This document shows, piece after piece, positions 1-9,710 of a stretch of DNA of 32,000 bases (positions within the stretch are counted from its first letter, which is position 1; each line of letters begins with the position of its first letter). The notes below the pieces were generated by a model. That model made no database searches, was not told the origin of the DNA, and worked only from the letters and a program-made list of their open reading frames with translations. Origin of the DNA: Moraxella nasicaprae (GTDB taxonomy: Bacteria; Pseudomonadota; Gammaproteobacteria; Pseudomonadales; Moraxellaceae); NCBI RefSeq assembly GCF_025643275.1, contig NZ_CP089977.1, positions 1,140,001 through 1,172,000 on the forward strand, read 5' to 3'. The position numbers and the translations under genes were made by a program.

Positions 1-442
1 GACTGCCTAGGACAAGATTTTTGATGTTATTTGGGTCAAAGCTACCATCATTTTTGGCAAGCCAAACGATGGTGTTTGAAAAATAAGGTTCGCTAAAATC
101 AACCTGAGCTTGGCGTTCTTTGGTGATGGACATACCAGCGATGATGGCGTCATAGTGATTGGCAAGCAGGCTTGGAATCAGACCGTCCCAATCTTGGGCT
201 TTAATCTCGCATTCGGCATTCATTTCAGCACATACTGCTTGAATGACATCAACATCAAAACCGACAATTTTGCCATCTGGTGTGGTGTTGTTGAACGGAG
301 GGTAGGCAGCTTCGGTGGCGATGGTCAGTTTGCGTTTTTCAGCAGTTGGCTGGGCATCTGCTTGCTCGGCTGACTTGTCTTGACCGCAGCCAACTAAGAC
401 AGTACCACAAAGTACAGCAAGAGCGGTTAGGCGTTTTAGCAT
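1..442 (-). CDS. Amino-acid (Arg/Lys/His-type) ABC transporter substrate-binding lipoprotein, ArtI/ArtJ/HisJ family. The C-terminal part is cut off by the window edge.
   Basis: Hand translation of the reverse strand from ATG (442-440) gives MLKRLTALAVLCGTVLVGCGQDK..., with lipobox LVGC. It continues KLTIATEAAYPPFNN..GKIVGFDVDV..WDGLIPSL..AIIAGMSITKERQ..VDFSEPYF, which matches the family-3 solute-binding core. The frame stays open to position 1. The ORF is absent from the track because it has no stop inside the window. Confidence 0.8.
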   Translation of the reverse strand, partial: MLKRLTALAVLCGTVLVGCGQDKSAEQADAQPTAEKRKLTIATEAAYPPFNNTTPDGKIVGFDVDVIQAVCAEMNAECEIKAQDWDGLIPSLLANHYDAIIAGMSITKERQAQVDFSEPYFSNTIVWLAKNDGSFDPNNIKNLVLGS

Positions 443-526
443 GATAAATCCTTAAAAAGTACAAATGAAAAAATCAACAATATTTAAGTCAAATATATTT
501 TGGTAATCAAATCACACGGCACAAAA

Positions 527-1309
527 TCATTGGTGAGAGGCCATAAATTCACGCACACGGGGCGATTTTGGGTTGTCAAACACTTCGCTTGGCGTGCCAA
601 TTTCTTCGATGCGACCTTGATGTAAAAAGACCACCTTGCTTGATACCTCACGAGCAAAACGCATCTCGTGGGTCACAATCAGCATCGTACGACCTTCTGC
701 GGCTAATTCTCGCATCACCGCCAGCACTTCATTGACCAGCTCGGGGTCAAGAGCGGAGGTTGGTTCGTCAAATAGTAAGACTTGTGGACGCATGGCAAGT
801 GAACGAGCGATGGCAACACGCTGTCTTTGACCGCCTGATAGATTGTCAGGGTAGGCGTCTTTTTTATCCAATAGACCCACTTTGGTCAATAGTCTTTCAG
901 CGTCTTTAATCGCCTCTTCTTTGGATAAGCCTAAGACTTGCGTTGGTCCTTCGATGATGTTTTGCAAAATGGTCTTATGTGGCCATAGATTAAAACTTTG
1001 GAACACAAAGCCGATTTTGGAACGCAATTTTTCAAGCTGGCGTTTATCGGCGGCAATCAACTCGTCTTTTTTGGCTTTTAGTTTCAGCTCTTCTTGACCG
1101 ATAAAAATTTTGCCAGAGCTTGGGTTTTCAAGCAGGTTAATGCAGCGTAGCAGGGTTGATTTACCCGAACCTGATGAACCAAGAATGCTGATGACATCGC
1201 CATCGTGTGCGGTTAAAGACACGCCTTTTAAGACTTCCAGCGAGCCGTAATTTTTGTGAATGTCCTGCAAGTCTAATGCAATCGGTCTTGAATCTGAAAT
1301 GTCAGTCAT
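527..1309 (-). CDS. artP: Polar amino-acid ABC transporter ATP-binding protein (ArtP/HisP-like)
   Basis: Walker [10 protein letters not shown], signature [15 protein letters not shown], Walker [12 protein letters not shown] and H-loop VTHEM are present. The track ORF runs to 1342, but the ATG at 1309 (MTDISDS...) has AGGA 5 nt upstream. ATPase followed by binding protein matches the artP-artI order. Confidence 0.85.
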   Translation of the reverse strand: MTDISDSRPIALDLQDIHKNYGSLEVLKGVSLTAHDGDVISILGSSGSGKSTLLRCINLLENPSSGKIFIGQEELKLKAKKDELIAADKRQLEKLRSKIGFVFQSFNLWPHKTILQNIIEGPTQVLGLSKEEAIKDAERLLTKVGLLDKKDAYPDNLSGGQRQRVAIARSLAMRPQVLLFDEPTSALDPELVNEVLAVMRELAAEGRTMLIVTHEMRFAREVSSKVVFLHQGRIEEIGTPSEVFDNPKSPRVREFMASHQ

Positions 1310-1667
1310 GGCTATCCTAATGTTGAAGTCGTCAAATATCAATCAATGCACCATCAATATATCGCATCAATTTTTTGGGTGCATCATCGCATTCTATATT
1401 TTTACCCAAAACATCAATAAAGGCAAATATTTTTCATCACTTTTTGTGATTTTATCAGCTTTTCTTGGATTTTTGTTAACATTATTAACAAATAAGCAAT
1501 ATTTGGCAATAATATCCCATTTCATTTGTTGTACCACCAAGTTTTTTGTTCAGCATAAGTCCTTGAAATCATAATTGAGCGTTGATTTGGTTTGTGATTT
1601 TTTTTAGATGAATGTGAGCGTATTTATTGATGTTGATTTGGGCATGATAGGGCAGTGGTTATTGAAT

Positions 1668-1700
1668 AAAAAAATTCCCCAAAAGATTTTTTGGGGAATT
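1668..1700 (-). terminator. Rho-independent terminator of gltA
   Basis: A 12-bp stem (1673-1684 pairing with 1689-1700) has a 4-nt loop. On the minus strand it is followed by a U-run (A-run 1668-1672 on plus), 15 nt after the gltA stop. Confidence 0.75.
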
Positions 1701-1714
1701 TAGGAACAAGCAGT

Positions 1715-2992
1715 TTATTTGCGTTCGTTCACTGGTACGAATTGACGGTGTGTTTCGCCAGTATAGCGTTGGCGTGGACGACCGATTTTGAAAGATTCTG
1801 AATGCATTTCTGTCCAGTGAGCAATCCAACCTGCGGTACGAGCCAAAGCAAAGATGACGGTAAACATCGAGGTTGGGATACCGATGGCTTTTAGGATAAT
1901 GCCAGAGTAGAAGTCCACATTCGGGTACAGCTTACGCTCGATGAAGTAAGGGTCTGATAGGGCGATTTTTTCTAGCTCCATTGCCAGTTGTAGTTTTGGA
2001 TCGTTCACACCCAAAGCACTTAGCACTTCATCGCAAGTTTCTTTCATGACTTTGGCACGAGGGTCAAAGTTCTTATAGACACGATGTCCAAAGCCCATTA
2101 GCTTGGCTTCTTTGGTTTTGACTTTTTCCATGAACGGAGCGACATTTTCAATCGTGCCAATTTCATCTAGCATTTGTAGTACAGCTTCGTTTGCACCACC
2201 GTGTGATGGTCCCCATAGAGCGGCAATACCTGCTGCGATACAGGCGTATGGGTTTGCTCCTGTTGAACCAACCAAACGCACGCTAGAAGTAGAGGCATTT
2301 TGCTCATGGTCAGCGTGTAGCGTGAAAATCTTGTCCATTGCTTTAACAAGCACAGGATTTGGCTTGTAATTGACATCGCCTGGGGTAGCAAACATCATGT
2401 ATAGGAAGTTTTCAGCGTAGCTAAAATCTTTGCGTGGATACATGAACGGTTCGCCAATAGAGTATTTGTAGCTCATTGCCGCCAGTGTTGGGGCTTTGGC
2501 AATCAAATCCACACAAGTATCATCACGATGTTTTGGGTCAGAGATGTCTAGATGGTTGTGATAGAACGCAGACAATGCACCCACCACGCCCAGCATGATT
2601 GCCATCGGGTGAGCGTCACGGCGAAAACCTTCAAAGAACTTACGCAGTTGGTCATGAACTGCCATTCTTTTGCTGATGCGAGCTTCAAACTTCGCTTTTT
2701 GTTCAGCATTAGGTAGTTCGCCATAAAGTAGTGCGTAGCAGACTTCTGAATATTCTGCTTGACTTGCCAAATCAGCGATGTCGTAGCCACGATGTAGTAG
2801 CTCGCCTTTGTCGCCATCAATGTAAGTGATTTTTGATTCCACAGGTGCTGTCGCCATAAAGCCTGGGTCATAAGTCCATAGACCTGCTTTTGCAATCGCA
2901 CTGACATCAACCACAGGACGACCTAGCGTGCTTTCTAGCACAGGCATTTCATATTCAACACCATCAACGGTAAGAGTAACTTGTTTTGACAT
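1715..2992 (-). CDS. gltA: Citrate synthase (type II)
   Basis: 425 aa. It carries the citrate synthase signature [14 protein letters not shown] and the catalytic-region motifs [11 protein letters not shown] and GPSHGGANE. It is divergent from sdhC, as in many gammaproteobacteria. Confidence 0.95.
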   Translation of the reverse strand: MSKQVTLTVDGVEYEMPVLESTLGRPVVDVSAIAKAGLWTYDPGFMATAPVESKITYIDGDKGELLHRGYDIADLASQAEYSEVCYALLYGELPNAEQKAKFEARISKRMAVHDQLRKFFEGFRRDAHPMAIMLGVVGALSAFYHNHLDISDPKHRDDTCVDLIAKAPTLAAMSYKYSIGEPFMYPRKDFSYAENFLYMMFATPGDVNYKPNPVLVKAMDKIFTLHADHEQNASTSSVRLVGSTGANPYACIAAGIAALWGPSHGGANEAVLQMLDEIGTIENVAPFMEKVKTKEAKLMGFGHRVYKNFDPRAKVMKETCDEVLSALGVNDPKLQLAMELEKIALSDPYFIERKLYPNVDFYSGIILKAIGIPTSMFTVIFALARTAGWIAHWTEMHSESFKIGRPRQRYTGETHRQFVPVNERK

Positions 2993-3715
2993 AAAAACCT
3001 CTTTGTTTTAAGTTGCATCTACCCAGTCACTAAGGTTTTTTGCCGCTTTCCCTGCCAACAAAGGCATCAGCGATGTGTAGATGAGCTGTATTGCACCTGC
3101 CATCACAGCCTGTGTGCCAAGTGCAGCTTCCTTGTTTTGATTGTAAATGGGCATCTGATGACAGACACCACTCAACTAATGAGTTTTTTGATGATACAAA
3201 AACTTTACCCAAGTTACAAGCATTTTTTTATTTAAAGTTGGCATAATGACTGCTCAGTATAAATTTTCCATTGGTTTTCTTTACCCTCCGATATTTCATG
3301 AATGATGACTGTATCAAAAAATGGCTTCGTTGATGTTGTTTGGCAAGGTTTTAAGCTGATTTATTGGCATAAAAAATCAGGGGCTGGTTATTTTGACATT
3401 ATTTGTAACAATTTTACATTTGGTATTTGAAAAAAATTACAGGATTTTTACACAAAATTAGGGATTTTGTTTGTAATTATTCATCAAGAGTTTTATAATC
3501 TATAAGATTTATTACCGCACTTTCTTAAACGATAATCACTCGCATTGTCAAGTGTTTCGCTAAAAACTTGGCGAAATGATGTGATGATTTTTGGAAAGTT
3601 TTTTATTGTTTTATTGTGGTGCTCGCTGCATTTGAAATTATTCAAGTGATGGACAGCCAAGCTGCTCCAATCCAGCCAGCTACTCCTTGCCGTTGTCGGC
3701 GTAAATGATATAAGG

Positions 3716-4105
3716 ATGCCCGCTGTGAAAAGCAACCGACCGATTGATTTACCTCTAAGTCAAGTGATTAAGGTGAACTCAAAATCACCCATCGCAATGG
3801 CTTCTATTTTGCACCGTGTTTCAGGGATTGTTTTATTTTTGCTTGTTCCTGTGATGCTTTGTGTATTACAAACCTCTTTGTCATCTGCCGAAAATTTTGC
3901 GGCTGTGTTTGACAATATTGCTGTGCGTTTTGTGGCGTGGATTTTTGTGGCTGCGACCGCTTATCACTTTGTGATGGGTATTAAGCATCTGCTTGCCGAT
4001 TTGGGCATGAACGAAGAGTTCAAATCTGGGCGTACCGCTGCTATCATCAGTTTTGTGATTGCTGCGGTATTGATTGTCGCATCGTTTGTATGGGTGATGT
4101 TCTAA
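3716..4105 (+). CDS. sdhC: Succinate dehydrogenase cytochrome b556 subunit
   Basis: About 129 aa with three hydrophobic helices and the SILHRVSG heme-ligand motif. The N-terminus VKSNRPIDLPL resembles E. coli VKKQRPVNLDL. The AAGGA sits directly against the ATG at 3716, so the GTG at 3725 is an alternative start. Confidence 0.85.
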   Translation: MPAVKSNRPIDLPLSQVIKVNSKSPIAMASILHRVSGIVLFLLVPVMLCVLQTSLSSAENFAAVFDNIAVRFVAWIFVAATAYHFVMGIKHLLADLGMNEEFKSGRTAAIISFVIAAVLIVASFVWVMF

Positions 4106-4458
4106 TGAGAAATAATTCTGGTATTAAAAGTGCGACAGGTCTGACAGGTTCAGGCTCTCGTGACTGGGTATTACAACGCCTAAGTGCCGTTGTTTTGGCG
4201 ATTTACAGCATTGTTGTGGTGGGTTTTTTCCTATTTAATGATGTGAATTTTGAAGTTTGGCACGGCTTTATGATGAGCTTGCCAATGAAATTATTCAGTC
4301 TGGTGGCGATTTTGTCATTGGTATTCCATGCTTGGGTGGGTATGTGGACGGTGTTTACTGACTATGTCAAATCATCAGGTCTGCGTATCGTTCTACAAGC
4401 CATCGTCATTGTTGCGATTTTGGCGTATTTGTTTTGGGGTGTGATGATTTTTTGGTAA
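4105..4458 (+). CDS. sdhD: Succinate dehydrogenase hydrophobic membrane anchor subunit
   Basis: Three TM helices and the HAWVGMWTVFTDYVK motif (E. coli HAWIGMWQVLTDYVK). The ATG at 4105 overlaps the sdhC stop (TAATG) and has GGTGA upstream. The track ORF starts at 4090. Confidence 0.85.
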   Translation: MRNNSGIKSATGLTGSGSRDWVLQRLSAVVLAIYSIVVVGFFLFNDVNFEVWHGFMMSLPMKLFSLVAILSLVFHAWVGMWTVFTDYVKSSGLRIVLQAIVIVAILAYLFWGVMIFW

Positions 4459-4502
4459 TCCTTAAAAATCGTCCCTGTTAAGAATTATTAGGAAAAAAGA
4501 TT

Positions 4503-6353
4503 ATGGCATTAGCACCAGAAAAACCTATTGAAAATATCCCTACCCTAAACTTTGATGCGGTCATTGTTGGCGGTGGCGGTTCAGGCATGAGAGCCTCATT
4601 GCAGTTGGTTAATGGCGGTATGAAAGTCGCTGTTTTGACCAAAGTATTCCCAACTCGTAGTCACACGGTAGCTGCCCAAGGCGGTATCGGTGCGTCTTTG
4701 GGTAACATGAGTCCTGATAACTGGCATTTTCACTTTTATGACACCGTCAAAGGCTCAGACTGGCTAGGCGACCAAGACGCTATTGAATATATGTGCCGTG
4801 AAGCACCAAAAGTGGTGTATGAGCTAGAACACATGGGCATGCCGTTTGACCGTAACGCAGATGGTACGATTTATCAGCGTCCATTTGGTGGACATTCTGC
4901 TGAATACGGTGCTAAGCCTGTACCTCGTGCCTGTGCTGCTGCTGACCGTACTGGACACGCTCTACTGCATACGCTTTATCAAAAGAACCTAGAAAAAGGC
5001 ACACAGTTTTTTGTTGAGTGGATTGCCCTTGATTTGATTAAAGATGAAGAAGGCAACATCAACGGTGTGATTGCTCTTGACCAAGAAACAGGTAAAGTTA
5101 GCGTTTTCCAAGCCCAAACTACCGTGCTTGCCACAGGTGGTGCAGGTCGTATCTTTAAAGCATCGACCAATGCCTACATCAATACAGGTGATGGTCTTGG
5201 CATGGCAGTGCGTGCTGGCATTCCTTTGCAAGACATGGAATTTTGGCAATTCCACCCAACAGGTGTGGCAGGAGCAGGCGTACTATTGACCGAAGGCTGC
5301 CGTGGTGAGGGTGCGATTTTGCGTAACAAGCACGGCGAAGCCTTTATGGAACGCTATGCCCCAACCCTAAAAGACCTAGCACCTCGTGACTTCGTTTCTC
5401 GTTCGATGGACCAAGAAATCAAGGAAGGTCGTGGCTGTGGCCCAAATGGCGACTACATCGTGATGGACATGACTCACTTAGGTGCTGCCACTTTGATGAA
5501 GCGTCTGCCATCAGTTTTTGAAATCAGTAAAAACTTTGGTAATGTGGACATCACCAAAGAGCCTGTCCCTGTTGTACCAACCATTCACTACATGATGGGT
5601 GGCATCCCGACCAACATTCATGGTCAGGTGACTGTGCCTGTGCTTGATGGTCATGTGGACGAGCAAGGTCTATATACCGAAGGTCGTGTCATCAAGGGTC
5701 TGTATGCCATCGGCGAATGTGCGTGCGTGTCAGTGCATGGTGCAAACCGCCTAGGCACGAACTCGCTACTTGACCTTGTGGTATTTGGTCGTGCCGCAGG
5801 TCAGCATATCCTAGATGAATTTGCCAAATCTGACCGCAGCTATAAGCCACTAAGCCCACAAGTGCTTGACTTTACTTTGGCTCGCTTGAATAAATTGCAA
5901 GATTCTACCGAAGGCTATAATGCCCAAGAAATCGGTGATGAAATTCGTCAAATCATGCAAGATCACGCTGGTGTATTCCGTACCCAAGAGTTGATGGATA
6001 AGGGCGTGGAGCGTATCTTGGCATTAGAGCCAAAGATTAACCAAATCCATTTGGCGGATAAATCGCAGGTATTTAACACCGCTCGTATTGAAGCATTGGA
6101 AGTGGCAAACCTATACGAAGTTGCCAAAGCAACGATGATTTCAGCCTCTTTGCGTCATGAGTGCCGTGGTGCTCACAGCGTGCTAGACTATGAGCGTCCA
6201 GAAGATGACAGCTATGCACCACTAGGACGAAATGACCATGAGTGGATGAAGCATACACTATGGTACTCAGAAGGTAATAAAGTGGTTTATAAGCCAGTTC
6301 GTAAAACACCTTTGACCGTAGAATATTGCGAACCACGAGTGCGTACATTCTAA
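4503..6353 (+). CDS. sdhA: Succinate dehydrogenase flavoprotein subunit
   Basis: 616 aa. FAD-binding VIVGGGGSGMRA, the covalent-FAD region RSHTVAAQGG, and the conserved stretches HPTG and GANRLGTNSLLD. AGGAAA RBS upstream. Confidence 0.95.
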   Translation: MALAPEKPIENIPTLNFDAVIVGGGGSGMRASLQLVNGGMKVAVLTKVFPTRSHTVAAQGGIGASLGNMSPDNWHFHFYDTVKGSDWLGDQDAIEYMCREAPKVVYELEHMGMPFDRNADGTIYQRPFGGHSAEYGAKPVPRACAAADRTGHALLHTLYQKNLEKGTQFFVEWIALDLIKDEEGNINGVIALDQETGKVSVFQAQTTVLATGGAGRIFKASTNAYINTGDGLGMAVRAGIPLQDMEFWQFHPTGVAGAGVLLTEGCRGEGAILRNKHGEAFMERYAPTLKDLAPRDFVSRSMDQEIKEGRGCGPNGDYIVMDMTHLGAATLMKRLPSVFEISKNFGNVDITKEPVPVVPTIHYMMGGIPTNIHGQVTVPVLDGHVDEQGLYTEGRVIKGLYAIGECACVSVHGANRLGTNSLLDLVVFGRAAGQHILDEFAKSDRSYKPLSPQVLDFTLARLNKLQDSTEGYNAQEIGDEIRQIMQDHAGVFRTQELMDKGVERILALEPKINQIHLADKSQVFNTARIEALEVANLYEVAKATMISASLRHECRGAHSVLDYERPEDDSYAPLGRNDHEWMKHTLWYSEGNKVVYKPVRKTPLTVEYCEPRVRTF

Positions 6354-6368
6354 TCAGCCATTAGGATA

Positions 6369-6402
6369 GGTTGTGATGGCTTCATGTTTATCCATCACAA
6401 CC
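6369..6402 (+). repeat. Perfect 11-bp inverted repeat (hairpin) in the unusually long sdhA-sdhB spacer
   Basis: GGTTGTGATGG (6369-6379) and CCATCACAACC (6392-6402) flank a 12-nt loop. No U-run follows, so it is not a canonical terminator. Confidence 0.6.
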
Positions 6403-6558
6403 CATATCGCAAGTCCAGCTTGACCTAGCAGTAGCCTTAGGGGCTTGCCAAAAAGCTGATTTTATTGAATTTTAAAATTTTTAGAATAAATTAGGTCATT
6501 TTTGAGCAGATGCAACAAGACATTGCTTAAAAATCCCAAATACCCAATGGAGAAACCC

Positions 6559-7269
6559 ATGAGTCGAGGTAAACGCATTGTAGAGATTTATCGCTACGAT
6601 CCAGATAAAGACAAAGCCCCTTATATGAAAACATACGAGATTGAACTGCTTGACAGCGATCGTATGTTACTTGATGTCCTACTTCGTCTAAAAAAACAAG
6701 ATGAAACCCTAACTTTCCGCCGCTCTTGCCGTGAGGGTATCTGTGGTTCGGACGGTATGAACATCAATGGCAAGAATGGTTTGGCGTGTCTAATCAACAT
6801 GAACACATTGCCAGAAAAAATCGTCATTCGTCCATTGCCAGGTTTGCCTGTCATCAAGGATTTGGTGGTGGACATGAACCAATTCTATGAGCAATACGAA
6901 AAAGTACATCCGTACTTGATTAACAACCAGCCTGCACCGCCAACCGAACGCTTGCAGTCACCAGAAGACCGTGAAAAACTTAATGGTCTGTATGAGTGTA
7001 TCTTGTGTGCGTGTTGCTCGACTTCTTGCCCATCGTTCTGGTGGAATCCAGATAAGTTCCTTGGGCCATCAGCATTGCTTAATGGCTACCGCTTCATCAT
7101 CGACAGCCGTGACAATGACACCCAAGCTCGTCTTGCAAGACTTGACGACCCATTTAGCCTATTCCGTTGCCGTGGCATCATGAACTGTGTGTCGGTATGT
7201 CCAAAGGGATTAAACCCCACCAAAGCCATCGGTCACATCAGAAGTATGCTGCTTGACCAAGCAGGCTAA
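6559..7269 (+). CDS. sdhB: Succinate dehydrogenase iron-sulfur subunit
   Basis: Three Cys clusters are present: [15 protein letters not shown] (2Fe-2S), [12 protein letters not shown] (4Fe-4S) and [12 protein letters not shown] (3Fe-4S). The ATG at 6559 has GGAG 8 nt upstream. The track ORF begins at a TTG at 6502, which is probably spurious. Confidence 0.92.
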   Translation: MSRGKRIVEIYRYDPDKDKAPYMKTYEIELLDSDRMLLDVLLRLKKQDETLTFRRSCREGICGSDGMNINGKNGLACLINMNTLPEKIVIRPLPGLPVIKDLVVDMNQFYEQYEKVHPYLINNQPAPPTERLQSPEDREKLNGLYECILCACCSTSCPSFWWNPDKFLGPSALLNGYRFIIDSRDNDTQARLARLDDPFSLFRCRGIMNCVSVCPKGLNPTKAIGHIRSMLLDQAG

Positions 7270-7279
7270 GCCAAGCGTC

Positions 7280-7311
7280 AAAAAAACCGCATCATTAGGT
7301 GCGGTTTTTTT
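7280..7311. terminator. Bidirectional rho-independent terminator between sdhB (+) and the convergent lipoprotein gene (-)
   Basis: Stem ACCGCA/TGCGGT with an 8-nt loop, flanked by an A7 run on the left and a T7 run on the right. Confidence 0.8.
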
Positions 7312-7340
7312 GTGTTGGTGTTTATGCTTGGTGGGTGTTG

Positions 7341-8507
7341 TTAGGTTAATTTTGATTTTTTGGCGGCACTCATGCAGGTCTGATAGCGTTTATCCACCCG
7401 AGTGGCGAACCAGTTGGTGTCATAATCTTGACTGAGTTTTGGCCCTGAAATGACGACTTTTGGCATGATGGCATAACTGGCAGGCTTGCCTGTTTTTTGG
7501 GTAAACAGCTCATTGACCAGTTGATAGGTTTGTGTTTGCTCAAAAGATTTTTTCTTTTCTTTTTTCAAATCAGAACGGATTTGTCGTTCGTTTAGCGGTT
7601 GCTTGGTTTTGGCAAGCAGTGCGACTAACACTTTTTCGGTTTGGCTTTTTTTGATGGTGGGACTGCCATCATTATATAGCAATAAATCGCCATCAATGGA
7701 AATTTTTTCGCCCGTCAAGGTGGCGATACGCTGCTGAAAAGCGGCATTACGACTAGAATACATGCCCGAATTATAATCCGCAAAGCGATACAATGGTCTG
7801 TCATAGTCGGCTTGATAGACCATCAAGCGATGAATGCCATAATACAGACCGCCAAATTGTGTGTACAAATCCTGTCTAAGCTCACGGTCGCTCATATTGA
7901 CACGGCGATGACTGCGAGCATAATCAATATGCACCTGCATTGAGCCTAGCGTGGTGATGGGATTGATGCGTTCGTCAATGCCTTGTCCGCTTAGTTTGGT
8001 GATTTGCGACAAAGAATTGACTTTATAGGTGGTGGTAAAATAATCAAAAATCTTTTGGTACAGCTCATCAAGCTCTTTTTCGGTTTTGACTTTTTTGATT
8101 TGCTTGATGAAGTTGTCTTGTTTATTTGGGCGGGTTTCTAGCATCGTGCGAAATACGCCAGCCAACGGTTTGCCCAATTTGCTTTCTAATTTTTCGTCAA
8201 TGGCGTTCAAGGCGGCATTGCCCAGATTTGGCACACTAGGGTCTGCCACGAAGTTGGATTCTTGGTCGATGACAGCGATGGCAGTGCAGATGTTTTGGGC
8301 GGTTTTGTCGAGGCGTAATTGGTCAAAAACCGAAGCGATGTCCGCAGCCCAACTTTGGGAGTTCTTGACATGAGTGGGAATGAGCTTGGCGATTTGTTTG
8401 TTGCTCAGCGATGTGCCAGTATCAGACTGATGGCTGGGTAAGTCACAGCCAGTCATTGCCACAATGCCCATCATCAAAAAAGCAGTACGAAAGATTGTCT
8501 GTCTCAT
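7341..8507 (-). CDS. Lipoprotein of unknown function, DUF1615-like, with lytic-transglycosylase-like motifs
   Basis: Signal peptide with lipobox AMTGC (Cys21). Motifs VIDQESNF (E83-S84), LGSMQV and ADYNSG resemble the SLT-family ES / GLMQ / AYNAG triad. The family name is from memory and was not checked. Confidence 0.6.
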   Translation of the reverse strand: MRQTIFRTAFLMMGIVAMTGCDLPSHQSDTGTSLSNKQIAKLIPTHVKNSQSWAADIASVFDQLRLDKTAQNICTAIAVIDQESNFVADPSVPNLGNAALNAIDEKLESKLGKPLAGVFRTMLETRPNKQDNFIKQIKKVKTEKELDELYQKIFDYFTTTYKVNSLSQITKLSGQGIDERINPITTLGSMQVHIDYARSHRRVNMSDRELRQDLYTQFGGLYYGIHRLMVYQADYDRPLYRFADYNSGMYSSRNAAFQQRIATLTGEKISIDGDLLLYNDGSPTIKKSQTEKVLVALLAKTKQPLNERQIRSDLKKEKKKSFEQTQTYQLVNELFTQKTGKPASYAIMPKVVISGPKLSQDYDTNWFATRVDKRYQTCMSAAKKSKLT

Positions 8508-8630
8508 AACGCTACGACCAAAAGAAAAACCACCATTATATTAAGTGATGACAGCATACTCGTCAATATGCTGTACAAAAGATAACCGATGGGCAAACTT
8601 TAAGGCATGATATGTCAGATGCTGGCTGTG

Positions 8631-9587
8631 TCAAATATTATCAAGTATGGAGCGATGCAGACGCATCAGACCTTCTTGTTGTGTGGTGGCGACCAGCTTA
8701 CCATCTTGCCAAAATTGCCCATGATTAAGACCTTTGGCGTGGCTGGTGGTGTCGCTCCACATGTCGTAGAGTAAAAATTCTCTGATGTCAAAAGGGCGAT
8801 GAAAGTGCATACTATGGTCAATGCTGGCAATCTGTAAGCCTTTTTGCATGAAGCTGATGCCATGACTCATCAATCCTGTGGCAACCAAATAAAAATCTGA
8901 TGAAAAAGCCAGTAGGGCTTGGTGGACGCAGGCGGGCTGATTGCCCAAATCAGCAATGCGTAGCCAGTTGGCTTGGTGCGGTTTGGTCTTGGCAGGCGTG
9001 ATGGGGTCTTGGGGGAAAATGGGGCGAATCTCAATGTGGCGTGGACGCATGAAGCGAGCTTGCAATGCTGGGTCAATGCGGTCAAGATACTGTGCTTTTA
9101 GCTCTTGTTCGGTCGGCAGGCTCATTGGTGCTGGGTAGTCTGGCATTTGGGTTTGATAGTCCAGACCGCCTTCCATCGGCGAAAAAGAGGCAATCATCGA
9201 AAAAATGACCTGTTCTGTCTTGATGGGCAGACCTTGTTCGCTGGTGCTGTCCACATACTGCACGGCAATGATTTCTCGTGCTGACAAACTGCGTCCATCT
9301 CTGAGGCGACGCACCTGATAGACGATGGGCAATCGAATGTCCCCACCACGCAAAAAATAGCCGTGCAAGCTATGGCATGGCTTGTCATCGGTCAAGGTGC
9401 GAGCTGCTGCCATCAAGGCTTGTGCCAATACTTGCCCGCCAAACACCCTAGGGCCGACATAATCAAAACTTTGACCTTCAAACACATCATCGCTTAGCTG
9501 CACCAAATCTAATGTATTTAATAAATCTTGCACGCTGGCGGTCTGCTGGCGTGGTGTGTGGGCGTAGCGGTCATATGAAGTTTGCAT
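8631..9587 (-). CDS. tesB: Acyl-CoA thioesterase II
   Basis: 318 aa with double hot-dog TesB-like sequence: DVFEGQS..GPRVFGGQVLAQAL, SLHGYFLRGGD, HSMHFHRP. Confidence 0.85.
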   Translation of the reverse strand: MQTSYDRYAHTPRQQTASVQDLLNTLDLVQLSDDVFEGQSFDYVGPRVFGGQVLAQALMAAARTLTDDKPCHSLHGYFLRGGDIRLPIVYQVRRLRDGRSLSAREIIAVQYVDSTSEQGLPIKTEQVIFSMIASFSPMEGGLDYQTQMPDYPAPMSLPTEQELKAQYLDRIDPALQARFMRPRHIEIRPIFPQDPITPAKTKPHQANWLRIADLGNQPACVHQALLAFSSDFYLVATGLMSHGISFMQKGLQIASIDHSMHFHRPFDIREFLLYDMWSDTTSHAKGLNHGQFWQDGKLVATTQQEGLMRLHRSILDNI

Positions 9588-9648
9588 AAAAAATCATCAA
9601 AATTATCAATAAAAATCGACCAAAATTATAGCATTTTTTTGATATGTT

Positions 9649-9677
9649 TAGCCAAAAAATTAAAAAAATGATACAAT
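9649..9677 (+). promoter_or_regulatory. Candidate sigma70 promoter for plsB
   Basis: TAGCCA, a 17-nt spacer, then TACAAT preceded by TG (TGATACAAT), about 34 nt upstream of the plsB ATG. Sequence pattern only. Confidence 0.4.
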
Positions 9678-9710
9678 GGGTTAATTGATTTTAATGAAAA
9701 AGTTTTTTGT

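Noticed and set aside
1260-1574. A 104-aa plus-strand ORF spanning the artP start and upstream region.
   Set aside because: It overlaps the artP N-terminus in antisense and then reads through AT-rich promoter DNA. The hydrophobic, low-complexity translation is what AT-rich sequence produces.
3030-3735. Track ORFs 3030-3212 (-) and 3493-3735 (-) in the gltA-sdhC intergenic region.
   Set aside because: They have no RBS and implausible composition. The second overlaps the sdhC start and promoter. The region is better explained as divergent regulatory DNA.
8551-8574. An 8-bp hairpin, ACAGCATA/TATGCTGT, between tesB and the lipoprotein gene, considered as the tesB terminator.
   Set aside because: No U-run follows on the minus strand, so it is not a canonical intrinsic terminator. 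It was left unannotated.
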